Notes under the pieces: generated by a model
What the model was told of the DNA's origin: nothing
What the model saw: the letters and a program-made list of their open reading frames with translations, nothing else
The model's database searches: none
Made by a program: the position numbers and the translations under genes
Shown: piece after piece, positions 1-8,866 of the stretch
Layout of the letters: each line of letters starts with the position of its first letter
Position numbering within the stretch: the stretch's first letter is position 1
Source: a virus
Taxonomy: Duplodnaviria; Caudoviricetes
Direction: 5' to 3' (one strand)
DNA length: 64,000 bases
Virus record (IMG/VR): IMGVR_UViG_2875499822_000002
Span: 1 to 64,000 of that record

Positions 1-17
1 AGGTATGCAAGTCTTTA

Positions 18-33
18 CTGTATGGATAAACAG
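18..33. promoter_or_regulatory. LexA (SOS) box
   Basis: CTGT-ATGGATAA-ACAG matches CTGT-N8-ACAG; lies downstream of Rz on the minus strand, presumably controlling a gene just left of the window. Confidence 0.75.
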
Positions 34-151
34 GTGTTAGGCTCGCCGCGCTTTGTGCACAAGGCAGAGGCCACGGCTGGACTTGCAGGAAGGGTCTGCG
101 GGTTCGGCGGGCCGGGCTGGATGTTGACGCATCCAACCGGCTCGCCTCTTT

Positions 152-712
152 TCATCTGGTGACTTCGCGCACGTAGGCCTGGCAGGCCTGCAACGCGATC
201 AGCCCCCGGTTGCCGTCGTCGGTGATGGCGACAATTCGTTGAGCATGCGCTCGGTCAAGTTGGGCACGAACGGTTCCATAAACCACGCCTCCGGTGTCGG
301 AGGCTTTTCGCATCCCACTGTCACAACCCGTGCCGAGAAGGGCGCCGGCGTCGACAAGGACTGACAACCGCAAATCAGCAGTAGCAAGCCGGTCACGCAG
401 ACGAGCCTGAGCTTGTTGTGCATCGTTCATTTCCTTCCAGTGCGTTTTGGTCTGATCCTGCAGGCGAGCCTCCAGGGCGCGGCGCGCATCCTGCTGCGCT
501 GCGAGTTGATTGAGCGCCGATGCAGCGGCCTCTTCACGCTCACGGCCGTAAGCGCGGTCCTTATCCGCCAATTGTTTTTCATAATCGTCCGCCTGCTCAG
601 CGAGCTGCTTACCGTAGGCATTGGTCTGCCACACCCAGGCCGCCCGGGCGCCGATGGCACAAGCCATCACCAGTGCTGCCAGAGCGATCAGTCGGGTGCC
701 CCAGGCGCTCAC
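152..712 (-). CDS. Rz-like i-spanin
   Basis: N-terminal TM segment, coiled coil, follows the endolysin, contains an embedded lipoprotein ORF. Confidence 0.88.
   Translation of the reverse strand: MSAWGTRLIALAALVMACAIGARAAWVWQTNAYGKQLAEQADDYEKQLADKDRAYGREREEAAASALNQLAAQQDARRALEARLQDQTKTHWKEMNDAQQAQARLRDRLATADLRLSVLVDAGALLGTGCDSGMRKASDTGGVVYGTVRAQLDRAHAQRIVAITDDGNRGLIALQACQAYVREVTR
199..423 (-). CDS. Rz1-like o-spanin lipoprotein embedded in Rz
   Basis: Signal peptide with lipobox LLLICGC, Pro-rich mature part, nested in another frame of Rz. Confidence 0.75.
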   Translation of the reverse strand: MHNKLRLVCVTGLLLLICGCQSLSTPAPFSARVVTVGCEKPPTPEAWFMEPFVPNLTERMLNELSPSPTTATGG

Positions 713-1260
713 TGCAGCACCTCAAGCGCCCGTTTGTAGATGGCCTTGCGATCCTCCAGGCCATTGGTACCGCCGTTGACTCGCTTGGTGATGGCGAGGA
801 TGTCGCCCTTGTCGGCCAAGCTGTTCAAGCCCTCCGTGTGCCAGAACCAGCCAGCAGAGAGCGAGGCGTATACCGGCTGCTCAAGCAGCTCTGGCGTGTT
901 GAGCAGACGGCTGTCGCCGAACAGCGCCTCGCTGCAGGCTTCATAGTTCGAACGCCCCGTCACCTGGATGAGCCCTCGACCACGGTACAGCTGGCCATCA
1001 CCGTCAGCGTCCGGCGTATTGCCCAGCCGCTGCGCCAAGCGGCCGGTGTCATACTTCGACAGGTATTCATCGCCGCCGAGTTCGCGCACGTACAAGAACT
1101 GGCCCGACTCGTGTCCTATCTGAGCGAGAAACGCGGCCATACGCAGCCGCGTGATGATCGCGTACTTGCCCATGGTGGCGTTGAGGCCGGGAACAAAAAC
1201 GCCAGCTTTGCGGCCGGCGTTCGGGAGGATCTGCTGCAACTGCTTTTCAGTAATGGGCAT
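709..1260 (-). CDS. Endolysin, glycoside hydrolase family 19
   Basis: Motifs FLAQIGHES, YRGRGLIQVTG, ITKRVNGG. Confidence 0.95.
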   Translation of the reverse strand: MPITEKQLQQILPNAGRKAGVFVPGLNATMGKYAIITRLRMAAFLAQIGHESGQFLYVRELGGDEYLSKYDTGRLAQRLGNTPDADGDGQLYRGRGLIQVTGRSNYEACSEALFGDSRLLNTPELLEQPVYASLSAGWFWHTEGLNSLADKGDILAITKRVNGGTNGLEDRKAIYKRALEVLQ

Positions 1261-1279
1261 CGCTTTGCTCCTTCAAGTC

Positions 1280-2332
1280 TCACGCCGGTGCTACATCAAC
1301 CGTGCGCAGTGGTTTGGTTTGTTTGGTTTTCTTGCCCTTGGCCTTCGCCTTGCCCTTTTTGCCGCCGTTGCACTCGACGGTGGTCGACCAGCCGGCCGAG
1401 CTGAAGAGCTGCTCAACGCTGTCCACCAGGTACTCGCCATCCAGACCACTCTTGAAGCCCTGGGCGCTGATGGTCCGTTCGGCAAACAGATCGGTGCGCC
1501 CGACCGTTTCCAGGCGAACGCCGGCAGTACTCCGGTTGAATGCCGCGAGGCGGGCTTTGGCGGCCTGCTGAGCTGCGCTCTTGTCGGGATAGATATGCCG
1601 GTCGGTGTGCACGCCCGGCACGCCATCCGGGGCGTCGTCGTTGTCCAGCTGCACCACCTGCAACTTGCCGGTCTTCTTGTCCTGGTGCTGGGTCTGCACG
1701 GCCTTTTGCGTGTTGCGATCACCCAGACGGAACGAATAGCGGCTCACATCTGCGCGGCTGATGGTGACGACGGTCAGCGTCTTACCGCTTGTGCTCTGCC
1801 CACCCTGGCGGGGGAGTACCAGCAACTTGCCGCTGGCCACCTTGGCCGTGCAGTCGTATTGCTTGGCCAGGCGGGTGATGAAATTGAAATCGGATTCGTT
1901 GCGCTGATCGACGCGGGGCACCTTGGTCTGCACCGAGCAACCCAGCGTCCAGCCGTTGCGTGCCGCCACGTCGCTGACAATCTTGGCAAGGGACACGTCC
2001 TCCCAACTACCGCTGCGGGTGGTCTTGCCGCTGCCGCGCATGTCGCTGGCCTTGCCGCGCAGGGTGATCGTGTCCGGCGGACCGGTAACCTCGATCTCGT
2101 CCACGGTGTAACTGCCGAGGCGTGCCAGGGCTTGTGCGCTATAGCCCAGATAGACCTCGATCTTGGCTCCCCGCGAGGGCAGTGTGATGACCTGGTCACG
2201 GTCGTCTATGCGCAGCTCAAATTCGTCCGACTCCAAGCCAGGCTTGTCCGAGGTGCGCAGCAGCAGGAGGCGGTCATTGATGAGCGCGGTGATGTCCTTG
2301 CCATCCGCGACGATTTGGAACATGGGTTTCAT
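1280..2332 (-). CDS. Phage late control D / baseplate hub (P2 gpD-like)
   Basis: Motifs DEFELRIDD and QRNESDFNFITRLA; position after tail protein X. Confidence 0.92.
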   Translation of the reverse strand: MKPMFQIVADGKDITALINDRLLLLRTSDKPGLESDEFELRIDDRDQVITLPSRGAKIEVYLGYSAQALARLGSYTVDEIEVTGPPDTITLRGKASDMRGSGKTTRSGSWEDVSLAKIVSDVAARNGWTLGCSVQTKVPRVDQRNESDFNFITRLAKQYDCTAKVASGKLLVLPRQGGQSTSGKTLTVVTISRADVSRYSFRLGDRNTQKAVQTQHQDKKTGKLQVVQLDNDDAPDGVPGVHTDRHIYPDKSAAQQAAKARLAAFNRSTAGVRLETVGRTDLFAERTISAQGFKSGLDGEYLVDSVEQLFSSAGWSTTVECNGGKKGKAKAKGKKTKQTKPLRTVDVAPA

Positions 2333-2349
2333 GTGGACTGCTCCGGAAT

Positions 2350-2375
2350 GAAAAACCCCGCACAGGGCGGGGTTC
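2350..2375 (-). terminator. Intrinsic terminator-like hairpin
   Basis: GAACCCCGC-CCTGT-GCGGGGTTTTT on the minus strand. Confidence 0.6.
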
Positions 2376-2393
2376 GTGATGCGTAAAGCGGGA

Positions 2394-2600
2394 TCAATCC
2401 CAGAGGGTGACTTCCTCGATCTCGGCCGCGGCCAAGTCCGGCAGGTGAATCAGCACACCGGCGCGGAACGGCTGTGCCTCTTCGGCCAAGCCTTGGTTGG
2501 CCTGCAGCACCGCCTCCACGGTTCCCACCAGGGTGCCGTAGTAGGCGTGGCACAGGCTGTCGAGCAGGTCGCCCTCAGACGTTCTGCATGTCATTGCCAT
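2394..2600 (-). CDS. Tail protein X (P2 gpX-like, LysM-like)
   Basis: GDLLDSLCHAYYG...VLQANQGL...LWD; start set at MAMTCRT. Confidence 0.9.
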   Translation of the reverse strand: MAMTCRTSEGDLLDSLCHAYYGTLVGTVEAVLQANQGLAEEAQPFRAGVLIHLPDLAAAEIEEVTLWD

Positions 2601-3420
2601 AAGCGACAAACTCCAGACTAAAGGACTGCTTGCGAGGGATACCGCCAGCGAGCAGGGCGCCCTGCTCCTCGTCCACGTTCAACAGGCACCAGTTGCCCAA
2701 CACTTCGCCGTAACCCGTGGTCAGGGTCAGCGGCTGCAGGCGGCTGCCGATGGTGCGTAAGTCGTTCAGCTGGCCGATGCCTCCCTTGAACAGCGGGAAG
2801 ATCGCGCCCTTGATCGTCAGCCTGTCCTCGCCCTGCCCTACCGCCTGCTGCGCAATGTGACGCGTCAGGCGCTCCTGGCCGGCCCAGCGGAAGACGGTTT
2901 TACGCATCAGCTCATCAAACGCGGCCGTGTCCAGGTTGAAGTAATAGGGCTTTAGCTTCGGATCCTGGGGCTGGATGATCAGCAGATGCGGGAATGGCTT
3001 AACCGCTGCGGCCGAAGGCGTCATGTCCGCCCCCAGAACGCTGCTCGGGAAAATGTTGCCAAGGCTCGGGCTCAGCGAGCCGGCAATGCGGTTGACCGCC
3101 GCGCCGGCCTTGCTGGTCTGTTCCTTGAGCGAGCCCAGGCGCTCCTGCACCTGGGAGGCCGCCGACACGACCTGGCTGTACTTCGCGGCTACCTGGCCGA
3201 CGGTGGACTGCGCTGCGTTGATCTGGCGCATGGTGCGTTGCAGCTTCTCGCCGATTGCCGGTCCAACAATCGGCAAGTTTTCCAGCTCCGCCGCCGCGCC
3301 AGTCATGTCGCTAACAGCGCCCGTGAGTGGCCCTAACATGCCATCGAGCCTGGTACGTCCAGCCATGCCGGCCGCCACCAGGGAAGACAACGTCGATCCC
3401 AGTAATTCCATGTAGGCCAT
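2575..3420 (-). CDS. P2 gpU-like tail protein
   Basis: C-terminal gpU domain (WAGQERL, TTGYGEVLGNW); position after the tape measure gene. Confidence 0.88.
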   Translation of the reverse strand: MAYMELLGSTLSSLVAAGMAGRTRLDGMLGPLTGAVSDMTGAAAELENLPIVGPAIGEKLQRTMRQINAAQSTVGQVAAKYSQVVSAASQVQERLGSLKEQTSKAGAAVNRIAGSLSPSLGNIFPSSVLGADMTPSAAAVKPFPHLLIIQPQDPKLKPYYFNLDTAAFDELMRKTVFRWAGQERLTRHIAQQAVGQGEDRLTIKGAIFPLFKGGIGQLNDLRTIGSRLQPLTLTTGYGEVLGNWCLLNVDEEQGALLAGGIPRKQSFSLEFVAYGNDMQNV

Positions 3421-3429
3421 GACACCTCC

Positions 3430-6189
3430 TTACGCGACATCTGGCGCGTCATACAGTTGAGTTGAGGCCTGGCGAGACGCCACTTCACGCTGGAACCCCT
3501 CCCACATCCCACGCAGCGCCGGCTCGGCTTCACGCACGATTTGATTGGGGTCTTTCACATCGCCATGCACGGTGATGGGCATGACCGGCGCGAAGGTGAA
3601 GGACTGGTCAACCTTCGGCGGCACAGGCTTGGCCTTTTCGGTGGGTTTCACGACTGCGGGGACTGCGGACGCCGCCACTGGTGGCGATGATTCCTTGTCC
3701 AGGGCACGCACTACCGCCCCAGGCGCGGCGTCCTGAGCGGGAGCCTCAACTGCCGGCGCCCGCATCGCCGCCACTGCTGCACCGAGCACCGGTGCCTCGG
3801 TTTTTGGCACTTCCTTGACCAGGGGCTTTGCGTCAGCGACTTCTACCGGCTTGTCTTCACCGAACAAACGCTTGCCCAGCCAGCCGCCGATGGACTCGCC
3901 TCCCAGGCCGCCGAGCACCATCCCAAGCATGCCCCCTACAGCACCACCCACAGCGGTACCAATGACTGGCACGACAGAGCCAATTGCCGCACCCGCCATC
4001 GCCCCTGTGGAGCCACCTGCCCATGCGCCGGCCATGCCACCGGCCAAACCACCGTAACCCTCGGCCTTCTCATCTTGGGTTTCTGCGTTCAGCGCAACAT
4101 CCAGCACGCCCGGCAGCATGTCGAGGAACTTGCCGCCCGGCAGGTTGGACATGGTTTTGGTCACGCCACGCACGCTATGCACTGCTCGAGCGAAGCCGCC
4201 CACTTCTCCGGCTATGCTGCTTGGGCCAACCAGCGGTGGCACAACCGGTGATGGCCGGGGTACTGCCGGCACCTTGGCCGGCGGGCTTGTCGGCCGGCGC
4301 GAATCTGCCGGCGATCCTGCCCGCCTCCGCCGTCGACGGCGTGCACGCCGACTACCTGGTTCTCCCGGTCCCACGTCAACAACGCTACCGCCCAGCCGGC
4401 CGATAGCATCGGCATTGACCACAAAGACGCGCTGCGGCTGGTTGCCCAGTCCGGGGCCGACATCGTTGCTAGCCGGTGCACCCAACACTTGGCCAAGCAC
4501 GCCTATGCCGGTATCCACAACCTGATTGCCAGTCTTGGGCGCGGCCATCCCGCCCGACGCGTCTTCAACCTTGCCACGACGTCGAGCACTCCAGACACGG
4601 CCACGCGCCACGTTGTAAACGCCCCGAGCAACCTGGCCCCCAGCACGTGCAGTCAGCACCGCACTGACCGCCGCCGTCAGACCCGCAATACCCATGATCA
4701 CCGCCGGGAATTTGTCCGACAGCGTCGTCATGCCTTGCGCAATCGCCGTCAGGCCCTGGGCAACCGCGTCAGTCGCGGGCCGGATGGCATCTCCCACGCT
4801 GCGCATGGAATCGCTCCAGGCCTGGCCGAGCTCTGCCCAGCGTTGCGACGACGTTTCGCGGCGCTCTTCCAGATTCTTGTCCAGAATGCCGGTAGCGTTC
4901 TGCGAGTCGGCCTTCAGCTGGGTATACAGCCCCCGGTTCTGCGCGTAGGCGGTCAGGGCCGCCTTGACCTGCATGTCGGCGAACAGGTCGCCGGTGCGCA
5001 GTGTCTTCTCCAGGGCCTCAAGCGCAGCCTTGGCCTTCTCCGGGTCGACTTCCTTGTCGATATTGGCCTGGGCTTCCTTCATTTTTTTGGCCTTCGCCGG
5101 GTCGGTCGCTTCGACGTACTTCATGGCAAGCGCCATGGAGGACTCGATAACGTTCATGCCCTTCTGCAGCCCAGTGTTCAGCGAGGCCTGGTAATCAATG
5201 CCTGCATCCTTGTAGGCCTTCACCACGTCACCCGAGCCGATCTTCTCAATCCAGTTCTTGAAGTTGTTCGCCGCTTCATCCGAGCCGCCGGCTGTCTTCA
5301 TCTGCACTTGCAGCATGGCGCCCAGAGACGAAACCGAATCCAACCCAGTGATACCGTTCTTCTCCATCCCCGCGAGCAACTGTGGGAACCACTTGGCCAT
5401 GTCGCTGGCCTCGAAGCTGCCCGCCTGGCCTTGGTAGGCGATGGCTTCAAGTGCCTGCTCCATGACTTTGGGATCGGTGATCTTGGCGCTCTGCTGCAGC
5501 GCCATAATCATGCTGGCCGTGTCGACGCCCGAGGCGCCCTGGCCGATGGCGAACTTGGCCGCCGTCGGCGCGTAGGCCATGGCCTTGTCCAGCTCCATAC
5601 CGGCACCGACCAGTTGGTTGATCAAGTCGGCGACATCGTTGCGGCCCATGCCCGTGTCCTTGGCCGTCTGGATCACCGTTCGGCTTAGCTGGACCTCCTC
5701 AGGCTTGTTGACGGCATCGGCCTTGATCGCAATGTCACGGATGATTGCCTGATAGTCGGCGCTGATCTTCGTCGGAATGGCGATCAGGCCAATGCCCACG
5801 GCGGCAGCACCAACATTCGTCTGGAGTGACGACTTGCCCGCATTGATCTGCTGCTGGCCCTTGAGCTGTAAATCGGCGCCCTTCGCCTCACGGGCCAGGC
5901 GCTGGTACTCACGGCTCAACCGGCCGACCTCGACGCCCTGCTTACGCAGCGACTCCAAGTTACCGTTGAGCTTGCGCAACAGCTTGTCGGCACCGGCAGC
6001 GCCAGTGTCATGCGCCCGCTTCCACTCGGCCTGCAGCTTCATAGTGTCGCCGATGGTGCCCTTGAGCACCTTGGCCTTGTTGCTCGTCTGCTCGAGCTTC
6101 TGAATCCGTCCTTGAACGTCCTTGAACGCCGCGCCGACCGACCCCGCGACGGATCCGCCGATCTCCAGGGCTAACTTCATCTTTGCCAT
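3430..6189 (-). CDS. Tail tape measure protein
   Basis: 919 aa, Ala/Gly-rich helical protein with a TP901-like core, downstream of the chaperones. Confidence 0.93.
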   Translation of the reverse strand: MAKMKLALEIGGSVAGSVGAAFKDVQGRIQKLEQTSNKAKVLKGTIGDTMKLQAEWKRAHDTGAAGADKLLRKLNGNLESLRKQGVEVGRLSREYQRLAREAKGADLQLKGQQQINAGKSSLQTNVGAAAVGIGLIAIPTKISADYQAIIRDIAIKADAVNKPEEVQLSRTVIQTAKDTGMGRNDVADLINQLVGAGMELDKAMAYAPTAAKFAIGQGASGVDTASMIMALQQSAKITDPKVMEQALEAIAYQGQAGSFEASDMAKWFPQLLAGMEKNGITGLDSVSSLGAMLQVQMKTAGGSDEAANNFKNWIEKIGSGDVVKAYKDAGIDYQASLNTGLQKGMNVIESSMALAMKYVEATDPAKAKKMKEAQANIDKEVDPEKAKAALEALEKTLRTGDLFADMQVKAALTAYAQNRGLYTQLKADSQNATGILDKNLEERRETSSQRWAELGQAWSDSMRSVGDAIRPATDAVAQGLTAIAQGMTTLSDKFPAVIMGIAGLTAAVSAVLTARAGGQVARGVYNVARGRVWSARRRGKVEDASGGMAAPKTGNQVVDTGIGVLGQVLGAPASNDVGPGLGNQPQRVFVVNADAIGRLGGSVVDVGPGEPGSRRARRRRRRRAGSPADSRRPTSPPAKVPAVPRPSPVVPPLVGPSSIAGEVGGFARAVHSVRGVTKTMSNLPGGKFLDMLPGVLDVALNAETQDEKAEGYGGLAGGMAGAWAGGSTGAMAGAAIGSVVPVIGTAVGGAVGGMLGMVLGGLGGESIGGWLGKRLFGEDKPVEVADAKPLVKEVPKTEAPVLGAAVAAMRAPAVEAPAQDAAPGAVVRALDKESSPPVAASAVPAVVKPTEKAKPVPPKVDQSFTFAPVMPITVHGDVKDPNQIVREAEPALRGMWEGFQREVASRQASTQLYDAPDVA

Positions 6190-6203
6190 CTGTTATCCCC
6201 TAC

Positions 6204-6330
6204 TCAGTCATTGAGCCACCACAGCATGTCCACAAAGGACATGCCTGATATCTCAGCGGCCGAGAAATGCAGCTCGGAGGCCAGCCGTTTGGCGAGCCGC
6301 CGCTGCGTTTCCGCGTCAAACGTCGTCGTC
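6204..6330 (-). CDS. gpE'-like tail chaperone extension (probably expressed by frameshift)
   Basis: Frame reads ...RRLAKRLASELHFSAAEISGMSFVDMLWWLND and overlaps the end of the chaperone gene. Confidence 0.65.
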
Positions 6331-6618
6331 TTGCACCAGGCGAAAGTAGCCAGTCTGCAAGCGGTTGTAGTCCTTGAGGGCCAGGCCCTCCAAGTCCTTG
6401 ACGCCGACCTCGGCGAGCGATGCGAACAGGTTGAGTTCACGTTGCTCATCATCGGCACCGGCACCCTGCTGCGCCGCACGAATGTCGCGCACGGTCGGTG
6501 CGCGCAGGCTGATCTGGTCGACCTGTACGCCGTTGGCTTCGGAGGGTTTGGTCAGCTTCACGATCACGCGATCAGGGGCGACAGTGAGCCAGGAAGGGGT
6601 TTTAGCGATAGTACCCAT
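6316..6618 (-). CDS. Tail assembly chaperone (P2 gpE / Mu gp41-like)
   Basis: LRAPTVRDIRAA...DYNRLQ; lies between tube and tape measure genes. Confidence 0.9.
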   Translation of the reverse strand: MGTIAKTPSWLTVAPDRVIVKLTKPSEANGVQVDQISLRAPTVRDIRAAQQGAGADDEQRELNLFASLAEVGVKDLEGLALKDYNRLQTGYFRLVQDDDV

Positions 6619-6651
6619 GGGGGAAGAGTCCTTGTGATTGCAGGGAGGGGG

Positions 6652-7161
6652 TTACAGGCCGAGGGCGGTGCGTTGCGCAGCCAACTGGTCGACACCATCA
6701 ATGACGCGTTTCATACCCAGCGCGTCGATCTCGTAGACCAGGCGGCCGTCGACTTCGAGCTTGTAGTAGGTCAGGCTGACGGCGTGCTTGATCTCAGCCT
6801 TGTCACCGGCTTTCCAGTCGCCCATGTCGATCTCTTTCAGGCTGCCACGCAGAGTGACCACCACCGGATTGATCTTGCCCTTCAGGCCTTTGAAGGCCCC
6901 TCGGAACGTGCCGTTGAAGGCGGTACCGTCGGCCAGGCCGAAGAACTTCAGCGACTCACGGCGCACGCCGGTGGTGGTGAAGCTGGCTTCCTGCTTCTCC
7001 ATGCCCTGGTCCATTTCGACCGGCATATCCATGCCGCCGGGACGGTGCTCCTCCATCTTGAGCGTGAGCTTGGGCAGGGTCAGGCTGGGTACATCGCCCT
7101 GGAAGCTGATGCCATCGACGAACAGGTTAAGGTTGGCCAGGGTTTCGGGAATCATTGCCAT
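6652..7161 (-). CDS. Major tail tube protein (P2 FII-like)
   Basis: TLPKLTLKMEEHRPGGMD, YYKLEVDG. Confidence 0.95.
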   Translation of the reverse strand: MAMIPETLANLNLFVDGISFQGDVPSLTLPKLTLKMEEHRPGGMDMPVEMDQGMEKQEASFTTTGVRRESLKFFGLADGTAFNGTFRGAFKGLKGKINPVVVTLRGSLKEIDMGDWKAGDKAEIKHAVSLTYYKLEVDGRLVYEIDALGMKRVIDGVDQLAAQRTALGL

Positions 7162-7173
7162 GCGAAGCGCTCC

Positions 7174-8352
7174 TTATGCGGCCGAGTCGAGGACTTCGGT
7201 CAGCCATTGATTGGTGATCTCGACGCGGAAGTTGGGGTTTTCCGCTGGCGGCACATCGGTGAAGCGGATGTTCCAGTACACCTTGCCCTGCTCAAGCTGG
7301 CTGGCGGTGTTCAGTTCGGTATCCGCAAACACCTCGAAGTTGATGATTGCGCCCTGGTTCTTGAGGTCGCGCATGAATGCCTGCAGGCCTTCGGTTACGT
7401 CCTTGATGTAGGTCGCGGTGATCGACCGGTCGACCGCCCACTTGTGGCCATACAAGATCGCGTCCATGACGATATCCATGGTGCGCACGCGGGTGACGAA
7501 GGCCCATTTCGGATCGCTCGACAGCGTGCGGTTACCCCACAGGCGATAGCCGTCGTCGCGAATGATGGTGGTGATATTGGCGTTGTTCAGCAGGTTGGCC
7601 CGGCACGTCTCGTCGCCGTCCAAGAACTCCACCGAGCGGGTGGTGCCGGTGATGCCAACGAACTCTTTGTTGGACGGCGAGGCCCAGAAGCCGTATTCGC
7701 TGTCGGTCCACGCGAATAGGCCGGCCACCCAAGCCGATGCCGGGGCATCCACGGTCGCGCTCGCGTCGGTGTCCCAGTACTTCACACCGGGGTCGACCAG
7801 GTAGGCGCGCTTGGCGCCGAACTCGCCGGCGTAGGCTACGGCAGCTTCGTCGGTGGTGCCGGGGCCATCGATGATCGCGATACCCCGCAGCTTGTCGGCC
7901 AGGGCCACCAGGGCGGTGCCGACGGCCTGGGTCGCGCTGTGCTTGGGGGTCACCAGCAGCCGCGGCTGAGCGTTGTAGCGGCTTTTGCCATCGAGCAGCG
8001 CCTGCATGCCAGTACGGGTGCCATCGGCCAACACGCCGCCGATGATTGCCGAGGTTTGCTCGGCCGCGTCCTCCAGCTTGGCCACGCCACACGCGACAAT
8101 CACCGCCTTGGCGCGTATGTAGATCGCCCGGCACGCCTTGGTAATGGCCGAGCTGGCACCGAAGGCAGCCACCGCCTCACGCTCGCTGGTGATCAGCACC
8201 AGGTCGTTTGCCTTGGCCGTGGGGGTGCCGTCAGCACCAGGGCCAGGGGTGAAGGTGTCGACCAAACCAATGATCGAGGACGACGGCAAGGCGATTTGGC
8301 GGGCGCCGGTGTCGACGTTCGTTACGGTAACGCCGTGAAAGAAACCGCTCAT
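7174..8352 (-). CDS. Tail sheath protein (P2 FI-like)
   Basis: FFHGVTV, GFWASPSN, GYRLWGNRT. Confidence 0.96.
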   Translation of the reverse strand: MSGFFHGVTVTNVDTGARQIALPSSSIIGLVDTFTPGPGADGTPTAKANDLVLITSEREAVAAFGASSAITKACRAIYIRAKAVIVACGVAKLEDAAEQTSAIIGGVLADGTRTGMQALLDGKSRYNAQPRLLVTPKHSATQAVGTALVALADKLRGIAIIDGPGTTDEAAVAYAGEFGAKRAYLVDPGVKYWDTDASATVDAPASAWVAGLFAWTDSEYGFWASPSNKEFVGITGTTRSVEFLDGDETCRANLLNNANITTIIRDDGYRLWGNRTLSSDPKWAFVTRVRTMDIVMDAILYGHKWAVDRSITATYIKDVTEGLQAFMRDLKNQGAIINFEVFADTELNTASQLEQGKVYWNIRFTDVPPAENPNFRVEITNQWLTEVLDSAA

Positions 8353-8409
8353 AGACTCTCCAGAAATGAGAAGGCCCCGCAGTGCAGGGCCAGGTGGTAC
8401 AGCGGAAAT

Positions 8410-8436
8410 GAAAACGCCCCGTCAGTGCGGGGCGTC
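8410..8436 (-). terminator. Intrinsic terminator-like hairpin
   Basis: ACGCCCCGCACTGACGGGGCGTTTTC on the minus strand. Confidence 0.6.
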
Positions 8437-8863
8437 ATTGGGTGTAGAGATCAATCCAGTCAGGCGGTACTGGACGCAGCGCCGTGTCGGGGAATGCCTG
8501 GGTTTGGGGCCAATCGCGCAGCACCTGCAGATACTCCAGCAGTTCGGCAAATTGCGCCTCACTGAGCGTGGTGGCGCGGCCCAGGTCCTGCTCATCACGG
8601 TGACGGTCGCGCAGCCACTGCCGGGCCGCCAGCTCGCCGTCGCGCCAGGCGCGCTCCTGAGCCGCCACCTCGTCGGCGGTCAGTCCAGGCGGGTCAATCA
8701 GGATCGGAAGCCCCTGAGCGTCATGCGAACGCACCTTGCCCGGATCAGGGTTGCCGATCACCGCCTCATAGCGGTCGTCGGGAATCTCCACGGCATCCGC
8801 CGGCATGCTGGTGTGAATACCCGTCAGGTAGCAGCACCCGGTGGTTTGACTGTAGTAACGCAT
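8435..8863 (-). CDS. Tail fiber assembly chaperone
   Basis: ERAWRD...LRDWPQ...FPD...RPVPP; follows the fiber gene. Confidence 0.88.
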   Translation of the reverse strand: MRYYSQTTGCCYLTGIHTSMPADAVEIPDDRYEAVIGNPDPGKVRSHDAQGLPILIDPPGLTADEVAAQERAWRDGELAARQWLRDRHRDEQDLGRATTLSEAQFAELLEYLQVLRDWPQTQAFPDTALRPVPPDWIDLYTQ

Positions 8864-8866
8864 GCC

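Noticed and set aside
4230-4360. Arg/Pro-rich stretch in tape measure as a frameshift error
   Set aside because: The ORF is continuous to a normal C-terminus coupled to gpU; treated as a low-complexity linker
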